A stretch of DNA of 64,000 nt, from NCBI GenBank assembly GCA_003021105.1, contig PXRG01000022.1:9044-73043 (forward strand). The letters run 5' to 3'. This stretch comes from Halobacteriales archaeon QS_1_68_17. Its GTDB lineage: Archaea > Halobacteriota > Halobacteria > Halobacteriales > Haloarculaceae. The translations under genes were made by a program, and so were the position numbers. Positions 26,769 through 36,578 of the stretch are shown here, in pieces; within the stretch, counting starts at the first letter, position 1; each line of letters begins with the position of its first letter. The notes below the pieces were generated by a model. The model was given only the letters and a program-made list of their open reading frames with translations. It was not told where the DNA came from and ran no database searches.

Positions 26769-27764
26769 GACCGGGTCGAACCCCTCGCTCCGCGGCGTCA
26801 CCGCGAGGGCCGTCCCCCGGTCGCGTTCCCGGGCGTGCTCGACGACCATCGCCGTCGCGGCGAGGGTTTCGACGCCCGTCCCGCCCATGTCGAAGACCGT
26901 CACCTGGTCGGGGTCGGTCCGGCCCGGCGCGTTCCCGGCGAGGACCGCCCCGAGGTCGGCGTGGACGTGGGACTCGTCGACGGCCCCGGCCGCGATCGCG
27001 CCCCGGAGTTCGCCCGAGGCGTCCAGCGCCCGTTCCCGGAGGTCGGGCACGTACAGGCTGTTGGCAACCGTCTCGGCGTCGAGTTCGCGCCGGTCGGGGT
27101 GGGACTGCCCCATCGCGGTAATGTGGGTCCCCGGCTCGATGTCCGCCGCGTCGATCACCGGATCGTGGGACGACGTCGCCGTGACGACGACGTCGGCCCC
27201 CCGGAGGGCAGCGCCCGCGCTCCCGACCGCGCGCACGTCGGCGTCGAACCGGTCGTCCATCCGCCGGGCGAACGCCTCGCGGCTGGCCGGCGTCGGCGAG
27301 TACGCCCGGACGTCGGTCAGCTCTCGGACGCCGTCGACGGCCAGCAGCTGGTAGGCGGCCTGCGGGCCAGTGCCGACCAGCGCGAGTTCAGCGGCGTCCG
27401 GCCGGGCGAGCGCGTCGGTTCCGACGCCGCCGGTCGCGCCGGTCTTGTAGGGGTTGATCCCCGGGCTGTCGACCAGCGCCAGCGGCGCGCCCGTCTCGGC
27501 GTCGCAAAGCGCCGTCAGGAACCACGCCCCGTCGGCCCCGAACCCGCCCGCGTAGAGGAACGTCCCCATGACGCCGCTCGCCGGGAGGATCGCACCGTAG
27601 TACATGAGCATCCCGTCCGGCGAGTCCCGGAACAGTTTCACCTCCGCGCCGAGGCGGCCGCCGTCGCCGAACTGGCGGTAGGCGTCCCGGACGGCCGCCA
27701 CGTAGTCGGGCATGTCGGCCAGGTCGGCGACCTCCCCGCTCGACAGGTACAGCATCTCGGCCAT
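26766..27764 (-). CDS. Ornithine cyclodeaminase/mu-crystallin-family protein (possible delta1-pyrroline-2-carboxylate reductase)
   Basis: 332 aa with OCD-family length and Rossmann region (LALVGTGPQAAYQL). Confidence 0.8.
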   Translation of the reverse strand: MAEMLYLSSGEVADLADMPDYVAAVRDAYRQFGDGGRLGAEVKLFRDSPDGMLMYYGAILPASGVMGTFLYAGGFGADGAWFLTALCDAETGAPLALVDSPGINPYKTGATGGVGTDALARPDAAELALVGTGPQAAYQLLAVDGVRELTDVRAYSPTPASREAFARRMDDRFDADVRAVGSAGAALRGADVVVTATSSHDPVIDAADIEPGTHITAMGQSHPDRRELDAETVANSLYVPDLRERALDASGELRGAIAAGAVDESHVHADLGAVLAGNAPGRTDPDQVTVFDMGGTGVETLAATAMVVEHARERDRGTALAVTPRSEGFDPV

Positions 27765-27864
27765 GCGGGTTCGTGACCGGGCAGGCTAATAACGGTTGGC
27801 GCGTCCGCCCGCTCCCGCGAGCGGCGATACGCTTATTTCGTCGCTCGCAGACGTCCGACCAACG

Positions 27865-29541
27865 ATGCCGAACGGAGCAACCCAGCTAGTCGCCAGCCTC
27901 GAAGCCCACGGCGTGGAGTACGTCTTCGGCGTCTGTGGCGACACCAGCGTCGGGCTCTACCGGACCCTGGCCGAGGCCGACACGCCAGTCACGCACGTCC
28001 TCGCGCGCGACGAGCGGAGCGCGTCGTTCATGGCCGACGCCTACGCCCGCGTCTCGGGACGGCCCGGCGTCTGCGAAGGACCCAGCGGCGGCGGCGCGAC
28101 CTACCTGCTGCCCGGTCTCTCGGAGGCGAACGACTCCTGTGTGCCCGTGGTCGGGCTCAACACCACGACGCCGGTCCGCTACCGCGGCCGGGGCGTGCTC
28201 ACGGAACTCGACCAGGCCGACCTCTTCGACACCGTGACCAAGTGGAACGCCTCGGTGGACCACCCCGACCAGGTCCCGGGGAAGGTCCGCGAGGCGTTCC
28301 GGCAGGCCACCGCCGGCCGGCCGGGCGCGACCCACCTCTCCTTGCCGATGGACACGCTGGCTGGCGAGTCCGACGGCGAGGTCTACGCCCCCGAGCGGAC
28401 GACCCGGTGTCCGGCCGACCGGCCCCGCCCCGACCCGTCGGCGTTGGACCGCGCGGCCGACCGGCTCCGGGCGGCCGAGGCCCCGCTGATCGTCGCCGGC
28501 GGCGGCGTCCACACCTCCCGGGCCTGGACGGAACTCCGCGAGTTCGCCGAGACCGCGGGCGTCCCCGTCGCGGGGACGCTGACCAGCGCGGGCTGTCTCG
28601 GCGACTCGCCGTACTGGGTGGGCGTCCTCGGCGAGAACGGCAGCCGCGAGTACGCGAACGACCTCCGCGACGAGGCCGACCTGCTGGTGCTGGCCGGGAC
28701 GGCCGTCGAGAGCGTCTGGACCGAGAAGTGGTCCCGCCCGCCGGACCGCCGAACCGAGATCGTCCACGTCGACGTCGCGCCGGAGTCCATCGGCAAAAAC
28801 TACGAGACCGCGGTGGCCGTCCCCGCGGACCTCCGGGTCGCCCTGTCGGGGCTACGAGAGCGCGTCGACGGCCGCCTCGACGGCGGGCGCGACCCCGCGG
28901 CGCTCCGGCGGCACCACGAGGCCTGGGTCGAGCCCTACGCCGCCCGGTTCGACGCCGACGACTTCCCGGTCCGGCCCGAGCGGATGGTCGCCGGCGCGAA
29001 CGAGGTGCTCGACGACGACGCCGTCATCGTCTCCGACCCCGGCACGTCCTGCCCGTACCTCGCGGCGCTGTACGAGTTCGCAGAGCCGGGCCGCCACTGG
29101 CTCACGCCCCGGGCCCACGGGGCGCTGGGCTACGCGCTCCCGGGCATCGTCGGCGCACACTACGCCCGCCCCGACGCCCAGGTGGTCGGGTTCACCGGCG
29201 ACGGGAGCCTCGGCACCTGCATGGGCGAACTCGAGACCCTGGCGCGGCTGGACCTGCCCGTAACGCTGGTCGTCGTCAACAACGACGCCTTCTCGTGGAT
29301 CGAGGCCGGCCAGCGGAGCTTCGCCGACTTCGCGTTCGGCGTCGAGTTCGGGAGCGCGAACTACGCGGCCGTCGCCGAGCAACTCGGCCTGGCGGGCTTC
29401 CGCGTCGAGAGCGCCGACGACTACGAGGCGACGCTGGCGGCCGCCGTCGAAACCGACGGCCCGGCGCTGGTCGACCTGCCGACGACGCCGCTGCCCGACC
29501 TCGACGACGTGCCCGTCGACTGGCTCGAACCCGACGAGTGA
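27865..29541 (+). CDS. Thiamine-diphosphate-dependent enzyme (acetolactate-synthase-like fold)
   Basis: N-terminal QLVASLEAHGVEYVFGVCGD. TPP motif GDGS...NN as GFTGDGSLGTCMGELETLARLDLPVTLVVVNND. Confidence 0.85.
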   Translation: MPNGATQLVASLEAHGVEYVFGVCGDTSVGLYRTLAEADTPVTHVLARDERSASFMADAYARVSGRPGVCEGPSGGGATYLLPGLSEANDSCVPVVGLNTTTPVRYRGRGVLTELDQADLFDTVTKWNASVDHPDQVPGKVREAFRQATAGRPGATHLSLPMDTLAGESDGEVYAPERTTRCPADRPRPDPSALDRAADRLRAAEAPLIVAGGGVHTSRAWTELREFAETAGVPVAGTLTSAGCLGDSPYWVGVLGENGSREYANDLRDEADLLVLAGTAVESVWTEKWSRPPDRRTEIVHVDVAPESIGKNYETAVAVPADLRVALSGLRERVDGRLDGGRDPAALRRHHEAWVEPYAARFDADDFPVRPERMVAGANEVLDDDAVIVSDPGTSCPYLAALYEFAEPGRHWLTPRAHGALGYALPGIVGAHYARPDAQVVGFTGDGSLGTCMGELETLARLDLPVTLVVVNNDAFSWIEAGQRSFADFAFGVEFGSANYAAVAEQLGLAGFRVESADDYEATLAAAVETDGPALVDLPTTPLPDLDDVPVDWLEPDE

Positions 29542-29755
29542 GCGCCCGGGACCCCCGGTGAGCCGGCGAAACTGCGCACGGGATTCCCGACGACGCGCCG
29601 GCCAGAGACCGCCGGGACACGGCCGACGGCGGGCCCGCCAGCGAGTGCCCGGATGGACCCGACCGCGGCGGCAAGACCGACCGGAAACCCGGCCGGAGTG
29701 GTGCGGTCGCGGGGGCGGGGAAAGCTATACGGTCGCGCCCACTGGAAAGGCCCAC

Positions 29756-30208
29756 ATGGCCGACGAGATCACCGTCGCGGACCCCGAGGCGGCCGTCCGC
29801 GAGTGGTTCGACGCGCTCGGGACGTACTGTGCGAACGTCGACTACGAGTCCGCCCGCGACATCTTCGCCGACGACGTCCGGTCGTTCGGGACGAAAGCCG
29901 AGATCGTCAGCGGCCTCGACCGCCTGCAGGAGAACCAGTGGACCGGCATCTGGCCATACATCGAGGGGTTCGGCTTCGACCTCGAGGAGGTGATCGCCTT
30001 CGGCGACGACGACCTGGCGTGGGGAGCGGCCCCGTGGTCGTCGACCGGCTTCGACGAGGACGGCGAACCGTTCCACCGCCCCGGCCGCGCGACGGTCGTG
30101 CTGGAGCGCCGGGACGGCGTCTGGCTGGCGGTCCACACGCACTTCTCGCTGTACCCGGGCACGCCACAGTTGACCTACGGCCCCGACGGTCGCGGGGAGC
30201 GAGACTGA
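29756..30208 (+). CDS. SnoaL/NTF2-like small protein
   Basis: 150 aa from MADEITVADPEAAVREWFDAL. Internal ATG of ORF 29558..30208. Fold call is tentative. Confidence 0.55.
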   Translation: MADEITVADPEAAVREWFDALGTYCANVDYESARDIFADDVRSFGTKAEIVSGLDRLQENQWTGIWPYIEGFGFDLEEVIAFGDDDLAWGAAPWSSTGFDEDGEPFHRPGRATVVLERRDGVWLAVHTHFSLYPGTPQLTYGPDGRGERD

Positions 30209-30316
30209 TACTGGTGGCTGTAATTCTTTTACTCACCAGTCTCTGCTATCTGCGGAGACAGACTCTTTCCGCCTGGATTCTCAATTCGAGTTTTCACGTA
30301 CTTACAGCCACCAGTA
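30209..30316 (+). mobile_element. MITE-like element family 2, copy 1 (108 bp)
   Basis: 15-bp TIR TACTGGTGGCTGTAA/TTACAGCCACCAGTA. Flanked by TGA 30206..30208 and TGA 30317..30319. Confidence 0.85.
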
Positions 30317-30694
30317 TGACGGCCCGCGGGACACCGCGGCCCACCGGGACGAACGGCGCTCGACGCCCGCGACGGTTCCGGGCGGACGTCCGTGTGACGG
30401 AATACCACGGCGTGCGTCCGGCGACCGGAGACGCCGCCCGAACCGCGGAGCGAGCACCCGTCCCCGCGACCGGCCGCCGCATCGTTTTCCCGTCACGTGA
30501 AACAGTTGTCCCGACGACAGGACGGGGAGCGGTCGGTCACTCGCGGCCGGTTTTCGACGATCCCGACGCCGACGGCGACCGGAACCACACGACAGGGAGT
30601 CGACGGTCGGACACCCGCGAGACGAATCGGGTCGTAGCGGTCCCCAGACGGGTGTGGCGCAAGGCTTTTGCCGGACTACTCTTCATAATTTAAC

Positions 30695-32032
30695 ATGAAC
30701 CGGGAGACGGCAGAGCCGGAGGTAACCGAGTTGCCGGGCCCGAGAGCCCGGGACCGCGTCGCCTACCACTCGTCGGTCGCGGCGGATACGACGTACGTCT
30801 ACGACTTCGTCTGGGACGTCACGGAGCCCGCGACCGGTCCCTTCTGCACCGACGCCGACGGGAACGTCCTCATGGACTTCACGGGGCAGGTGGGGGCCGC
30901 CCCGCTCGGGTACAATCACCCGGACCTCGAAGCGCGGATGGCCGCGTTCGACCTCCCCGACCCGGGGAAGATCGCCGGCCAGGACTTCTACACGACCGCC
31001 GGCGACCCGCTCGACCCCGAGGTGCCGGGGCCGGCGGAGCTGATGGACCGGCTGACCGAAATATCCGACCACTACGGGCTCGACACCGTCTTCCTCTCGA
31101 ACTCGGGGGCCGAGGCCGTCGAGAACGCGCTGAAGATCTGTTACGACGCCGCCGGGGGCGGGTACGCCGTCACGTTCGAGGGGGCGTTCCACGGCCGGAC
31201 GCTGGGCGCGCTGTCGCTGAACCGGTCGAAAGCGAAGTACCGCCGGGACTACCCGGAGATCGCCGGCGTCCACGACGCGCCGTACTGCCGGGACGCGGGC
31301 TGTGATCCAGCGAGTTGCGAGTGTGGCTTTTTCGCCGGCGGGACCTCGCTGCTCCGGCGGATGCTCGACCCCGAAACGGGCCACGTCGACCCCGACGAGG
31401 TCGCGTACCTGATCCTCGAACCGGTCCAGGGCGAGGGCGGCTACCACGTGCCGAGCGACGCCTTCGCCGGGGAGGTGGCGGCCGTCTGCGACCGCCACGA
31501 CTTGCGGGTGATCGCCGACGAGATCCAGTCGGGGATGGGCCGGACCGGGGAGTGGTGGGCGTCCGACCACCTCCCGGTCGACCCGGACGTAATCTGTGCG
31601 GCCAAGGCGGCCCGCGTCGGCGCGACGATCGCCGACCGGGACCTGTTCCCGGACGAGCGCGGCCGCATCTCCTCGACCTGGGGGGCGGGCGACCTCGTGG
31701 CGTCGATGCAGGGCGCGCTCACGATCGAAGTCATCCGCGAGCGGAACCTGCTGGACAACGCCGCCGAACGCGGGGCGCAGACGATGGAGGTGCTGGCCGA
31801 TGCCGACGTCCCGAACGTCGTCGACCGCCGGGGCCGGGGGCTGATGCTCGCCGTCGAGTTCGACACCGAGGCCCGCAGGGACGACGTCCAGGCGGCGGCG
31901 CTCCGACGCGGGCTGTTGACCCTGGGCTGCGGGCAGAAGTCCCTCCGGCTGTTGCCGCCGCTGGACGTCCGCGAGCGGGAGATCGACATGGGCGTCGAGT
32001 TGCTCGCCGATGCCGCCGTGGCGGTCGCCTGA
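30695..32032 (+). CDS. Class-III (omega) aminotransferase
   Basis: 445 aa with typical blocks: SNSGAEAVENALK, FHGRTLGALS, and the ADEIQSGMGRTGEWWA PLP region. Confidence 0.85.
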   Translation: MNRETAEPEVTELPGPRARDRVAYHSSVAADTTYVYDFVWDVTEPATGPFCTDADGNVLMDFTGQVGAAPLGYNHPDLEARMAAFDLPDPGKIAGQDFYTTAGDPLDPEVPGPAELMDRLTEISDHYGLDTVFLSNSGAEAVENALKICYDAAGGGYAVTFEGAFHGRTLGALSLNRSKAKYRRDYPEIAGVHDAPYCRDAGCDPASCECGFFAGGTSLLRRMLDPETGHVDPDEVAYLILEPVQGEGGYHVPSDAFAGEVAAVCDRHDLRVIADEIQSGMGRTGEWWASDHLPVDPDVICAAKAARVGATIADRDLFPDERGRISSTWGAGDLVASMQGALTIEVIRERNLLDNAAERGAQTMEVLADADVPNVVDRRGRGLMLAVEFDTEARRDDVQAAALRRGLLTLGCGQKSLRLLPPLDVREREIDMGVELLADAAVAVA

Positions 32033-32150
32033 CGCCCCCCGGCGACCGGGCTGGCCGGACGACGACGGCGGTCGTGCCGGCAGGCGGAGCCCGGACGACG
32101 ACAGCGCTTCGGCCGGCAGACGGAGCCTGACCGGGAAACCGGGCGGCCCG

Positions 32151-33338
32151 TCACCGGCTGGCGAGCGCGACGCTGACGGCCCCGACCAGAAGCGCCGCGA
32201 GGCCGGTCAGGAGCAACAACAGCGGGTAGCCCAAAAGCACCGCGGCCATCGGGAACACCACCGGGCCGACGGTCTGGCCGACCTTCTTGACGCTGATCCG
32301 GAGGCTCGTCACGCCGCCCCGGAGCTGGTCGGAGGCCAGCCCGCTGATCTCGGTGTCGACCGGCGGGATGAGCAGCCCGTGGCCGGCCCCGAGCAGGAGC
32401 AGCGTCGCCGTAACGCCGGCCGGGGAGCCGGCCAGCCAGGTGCCCGCCAGGCCGAGGCCGTAGCCGACGATGCCCAGCCCGATGAGCTGGCGGTTCGAGG
32501 CGTACCGGGCGAGCCGGCCGTTCAGGAGGGCCACGACCGAACTCGTCAGCAGCGGGAGGCTCAGGATGACGCCGATCCACAGCGACGCCAGCGCGTAGGA
32601 CTGGTCGAGCAGGAACGGGACCGAGGTGTTCAGCGCCCCGAAGTACACCAGGAAGGTGACGAAGACGGCCCCGTAGAGGGTCAGTCCCGCGAACGAGGAG
32701 ACGGCGGCCACCCCGTCCCGGAGGTACGCCATGTCGAGGCGACCGCGGACGGTGAGCGACTCCTCCAGCGTGAGAAAGGCGAACGCGCCCACGAGCACGC
32801 TCGCGGTGTAGACGACGAACGGCAGGTTCCACCGGACGTCAGCGAGATACCCCCCCAGGATCGGGAACACCGAGACGCCCAGCGTCGTGGTCGCGGTGTT
32901 GACGCCCATGACGGCGTTGCGCCGCGGGCCGTCGAAGTAGTCGCCGACCAGCGTCAGCGAGAGCATGATCAGGCCGCTGGCCGCACAGCCCTGGAGGAAG
33001 CGCAGTCCGACCAGGACCGCGAACGACCCGGTGACGGTGATGGCCCCGCCGGCCAGCCCGTAGCCGACCAGACACGGAACGAGGACGACCCGGCGGCCGA
33101 ACCGGTCGGCGAGCACGCCCATCACCGGCGCGAGCACGATGCCGGGCAGCGAGAACACCGTCAATACCAGGCCGGCCTGGGCGTCGGACACCGCCAGCGC
33201 GTTCTTGATCGCCGGGAGCCCGGGGCTCACCAGCCCGACGCCCATCGACGCCATCAGCGACGTCCCGAGGACGACGTGCAACGCCGGCGACCGCCACGGG
33301 ACGGTCGCCGGGTCGGCCTGCTCGACGGCGCCGGTCAT
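32151..33338 (-). CDS. MFS transporter
   Basis: 395 aa, 12-TM-like profile, with the MFS loop motif GVLADRFGRR. Confidence 0.85.
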   Translation of the reverse strand: MTGAVEQADPATVPWRSPALHVVLGTSLMASMGVGLVSPGLPAIKNALAVSDAQAGLVLTVFSLPGIVLAPVMGVLADRFGRRVVLVPCLVGYGLAGGAITVTGSFAVLVGLRFLQGCAASGLIMLSLTLVGDYFDGPRRNAVMGVNTATTTLGVSVFPILGGYLADVRWNLPFVVYTASVLVGAFAFLTLEESLTVRGRLDMAYLRDGVAAVSSFAGLTLYGAVFVTFLVYFGALNTSVPFLLDQSYALASLWIGVILSLPLLTSSVVALLNGRLARYASNRQLIGLGIVGYGLGLAGTWLAGSPAGVTATLLLLGAGHGLLIPPVDTEISGLASDQLRGGVTSLRISVKKVGQTVGPVVFPMAAVLLGYPLLLLLTGLAALLVGAVSVALASR

Positions 33339-33395
33339 CTGTCTTTTCGAACCGCGTCCGGCGGTAAAATCGTTGCGTCTCGGCGGCGACGCGGC

Positions 33396-34505
33396 TCACT
33401 CGGTACTGACGAGCGACGCGTCCCCCGGGTCGACGACGACGGTGACGTCCTCGCCTTCCTCGAGGATCGGCGCGTCGGTCTTGATCATAAACCGGACGTC
33501 GCCGACGTTGACCATGTTCTGGGTGAAACTCCCGCGGTAGAACTGGTGGGCGACGGTGCCTGACCAGCGGTTGGTCTCCTGTCTGACCGTCGACCCGTCG
33601 GTCTGGGCCTCCGGGTAGACGTCCTCCGGACGGACGACGGCGGTCGGGTTGCTCAGCACCGACTCGTCGGTGTAGGTACACACCATCTCGACGGTCGTCG
33701 ACCCCTCGGAGATCTCACAGCGCGCGCGGCCGTTCGCGCGATCGGTTTCCACGACCGAGGCCGAAAAGAGGTTCGCCTCGCCCAGGAAGTTCGCCACGAA
33801 CGGCGTCCGCGGGTCGTTGTACAGTTCCTGGGGCGTCCCCTGCTGGGCCTCCCGGCCCCCGTTCAACACGAGCGTCTCGTCGGAGATCTCGAAGGCCTCC
33901 TCCTGGTCGTGGGTGACGTAGACCGTGGTGATGCCGACCTCCTCTAACATCTCCAGCAGCAGGCGGCGCATCCGGCGGCGCTGCTTGAAATCGAGGTTGC
34001 TCAGCGGTTCGTCCATCAACAGCACCGACGGTTCGTAGGCGACCGCGCGGGCGAAGGCGATCCGCTGTTGCTGGCCGCCGGACAGTTCCGAGGGGTACCG
34101 GTCGCCCATGCCGGGCATCCCGACGAGTTCGAGGACTTCCTCGATCCGGCTCTCCCGGTCGCCTTTCGGCCACCCGCGGGCTTTCAGCGCGTAGAGGATG
34201 TTCTCCCGGGCGGTCATGTGGGGCCACAGCGCGTACGACTGGAACACCAGCCCGATGTCGCGGTGCTCGGGTTTGACGGACTTGTCGGGAGTGGCGACCA
34301 CCTCGCCGCCGATCGAAACCGTTCCCCCGTTGATCCGCTCTAACCCCGCGAGCGACCGCAGGGTGGTCGTCTTCCCGCAACCGCTGGGCCCGAGCAGCGT
34401 GAACAGTTTGCCCTGGCCGACCTCGAAACTGACGTCGTCGACCGCGACGACTTCCTCCTGGCCGCTCGTGTACTTCTTGGTGAGGTTCTCGACGGTTACT
34501 GTCAT
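33396..34505 (-). CDS. ABC importer ATP-binding protein (PotA/FbpC/ThiQ-like, with C-terminal regulatory domain)
   Basis: Walker A GPSGCGKTT, LSGGQQQR, LLMDEPLSNLD. ATG 34505 lies inside ORF 33396..34556. Confidence 0.9.
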   Translation of the reverse strand: MTVTVENLTKKYTSGQEEVVAVDDVSFEVGQGKLFTLLGPSGCGKTTTLRSLAGLERINGGTVSIGGEVVATPDKSVKPEHRDIGLVFQSYALWPHMTARENILYALKARGWPKGDRESRIEEVLELVGMPGMGDRYPSELSGGQQQRIAFARAVAYEPSVLLMDEPLSNLDFKQRRRMRRLLLEMLEEVGITTVYVTHDQEEAFEISDETLVLNGGREAQQGTPQELYNDPRTPFVANFLGEANLFSASVVETDRANGRARCEISEGSTTVEMVCTYTDESVLSNPTAVVRPEDVYPEAQTDGSTVRQETNRWSGTVAHQFYRGSFTQNMVNVGDVRFMIKTDAPILEEGEDVTVVVDPGDASLVSTE

Positions 34506-34595
34506 AGTTGTCTCGCGTGCGGCGTGATTACGGATGACATGCGTTCGTTGTCTCAAAAGACGTGTTCGGTCCGATTTATAACTTTTCCTGTGGGG

Positions 34596-36332
34596 TCAGG
34601 CACCGGCGGTGTACTTGCCCGCACCGACGAACTCGTATGCGAGCACGAACACCAGGATCATCAGGAACAGCACCATCGATCCGGCGGCGACGATCGGGAG
34701 CGCCCCGGCGTCCTGGCTGTACATCTGGAGCAACAGGTTCGTCAGGACGTTGTTCCCGGCGGTAATCAACAACACGACCGCGCCGAGTTCCCGCATCGAC
34801 CCGATGAAGGAGTAGAGAAAGGTGTTCGTGACCCCGCCCTTGATCAGCGGGATCACCACCTTCCGGAAGGTCGTCGACCAGGACGCGCCGCTGATCGAGG
34901 ACGCCTCCTCGAGTTCGTCGGAGATCTGGATGAGGTTGCTCGTGATCATCCGGGTGCCGTGTGGCAGGCGGGTGAACACGAGCGCCAGCACCAGGGGCGC
35001 GAGCGTGCCGTAGAGGTCGTTGACGCCGGGCAGCATCAACACCAGCCAGAAGATCGCCAGCCCGTAGACGATCGGCGGGAAGCCGAGCGGGATCGTCGAG
35101 ACGTAGTCGCCGAAGCCCGTGAAGCGGTCGTACTTGAGGCTGGTGTAGGCGATGAAGGTCGCAAAGACCGCGGTCAGCAGGCCGGCGAAGAAGCCGGCCG
35201 CGACGGTGTTGAACACGATGTCGAACAGTGACGGGATGCTGAACAGTTCGGCGTAGTTGGCGAGCGTGAACTCCAGGCTGAACAGCGCCCCGATCCGCGG
35301 GGTCAGGGACATGAACAGCATGCCGACGAAGGGGGCGACGAAGGACATCCCCCACAGGAACAGACAGATCGCGACCGCCAGCCACTTCCACCGGCCGAGC
35401 TGGTGGACGGTCTGGCGTGCCCCGCCCGAGATGGTCTGGTACTTGTGGGTCTTCCGGGTGGTCAGCCAGTAGATCGTGATGGCGGTGAAGGCGATGGCGA
35501 CGTAGAGGATGCTGTAGATGCCCGCGACGTCGTACTTGGGGATGGGGCTGCCGCGAATCACCTGGAAAATCTCGGTCGCCAGGGTGTCGATCCCGCCCTG
35601 GGCGGCCCCCAGCAGGAACGGGTAGTCGAAGTTGCCCAGCGCGAAGATCATCACCAGCATGAACACCGAGAACATCGCCGGGAACAGCAGGGGCAGGGTC
35701 ACCCGGAAGAACGTCCCGAGCAGTCCCCGGCCGGCGATCCGCGACCCCTCTTCGAGGCTCGGGTCGATCGAGCGGACGGCGGGTTCGGTGACGAGGAAGG
35801 ACAGCGGCAGTCCCCCGAACCCGATCGCCATGATGATCCCCCAGATCGAGTAGATGTCGAACAGTATGAACCCGAAGGTGTTCTTGAAGAAGACGTTGAC
35901 GATGCCGAACCCCGGGGCCAGCACGGAGATCCAGCCGATCCCCTTCACGATAAAGGGCATCGCCAGCGGCAGGATGACGATGACCCTGAACAGGCGCTTG
36001 AACGGCATGTCGGTCCGGATGAGCAGCCACGCGTAGATCGCGCCGATCATCGCCGAGATCGCGCCCGCACCGACGCCGATCGCGATCGTGTCGAAGACGA
36101 TGCGGGCCAGTTCCCACTGGAACAGGACCTCCTGGATCTGTGCTAGCGTGATTCCCGTGTCGTCGCCAATGCCGAACACCGTCGTCCCCAGAAACAGTGC
36201 CGCGACCGTCGCCAGAAAGATCCCCAGGAACAACAGCGTCACGTAAAACGGGATCCACCGGGGATCGGTCGCGTCGCCGAGCCGGGATCGGATCTTCCCT
36301 CCGTAGTCGGATCGATAGCTCACGACATCCAC
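34596..36332 (-). CDS. Fused two-domain ABC importer permease (FbpB/ThiP-like)
   Basis: 578 aa, two tandem permease halves. GTG start sits 27 nt from the TATA-like AACTATCTATAGTT (36354..36367), so it may be leaderless. Confidence 0.85.
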   Translation of the reverse strand: MDVVSYRSDYGGKIRSRLGDATDPRWIPFYVTLLFLGIFLATVAALFLGTTVFGIGDDTGITLAQIQEVLFQWELARIVFDTIAIGVGAGAISAMIGAIYAWLLIRTDMPFKRLFRVIVILPLAMPFIVKGIGWISVLAPGFGIVNVFFKNTFGFILFDIYSIWGIIMAIGFGGLPLSFLVTEPAVRSIDPSLEEGSRIAGRGLLGTFFRVTLPLLFPAMFSVFMLVMIFALGNFDYPFLLGAAQGGIDTLATEIFQVIRGSPIPKYDVAGIYSILYVAIAFTAITIYWLTTRKTHKYQTISGGARQTVHQLGRWKWLAVAICLFLWGMSFVAPFVGMLFMSLTPRIGALFSLEFTLANYAELFSIPSLFDIVFNTVAAGFFAGLLTAVFATFIAYTSLKYDRFTGFGDYVSTIPLGFPPIVYGLAIFWLVLMLPGVNDLYGTLAPLVLALVFTRLPHGTRMITSNLIQISDELEEASSISGASWSTTFRKVVIPLIKGGVTNTFLYSFIGSMRELGAVVLLITAGNNVLTNLLLQMYSQDAGALPIVAAGSMVLFLMILVFVLAYEFVGAGKYTAGA

Positions 36333-36578
36333 CTACTCGACCGGTCTTGTCTGAACTATCTATAGTTGGCGGATGTTTCCACTACAGTATGGACGAAACA
36401 TACTCCGGAGACGGCCGGGGTGGGATCGCCGAAACCCGACGAAAGCGGACGGCCGGACCGTCTCCGGACGCATTCTACGGGCGCGAGTAACGCGGACCGG
36501 CCGGCAAAATAATGTCACGCGGGAGAATGAAAAACGAGAATATTTATGTGTGATCCTTCGGAATGGTGAGACTGACGC

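Noticed and set aside
30209-30316. Family-2 elements are open in one frame across their full length, encoding a TM-like peptide (LVAVILLLTSLCYLRRQTLSAWILNSSFHVLTATS). This could extend the upstream protein by readthrough or frameshift.
   Set aside because: The open frame is not the frame of the upstream genes. A second in-frame stop (TAA) follows the TGA within 5 codons. Codon third positions are AT-rich, unlike real genes here. The three copies sit behind unrelated genes or no gene.
36333-36578. A TPP (or other) riboswitch upstream of the ThiBPQ-like ABC importer genes.
   Set aside because: I could not find the conserved CUGAGA / ACCUGAUCUGGAUAAUGCCAGCG-type elements. The inferred TATA boxes place the structured region between the two promoters, not in either leader.
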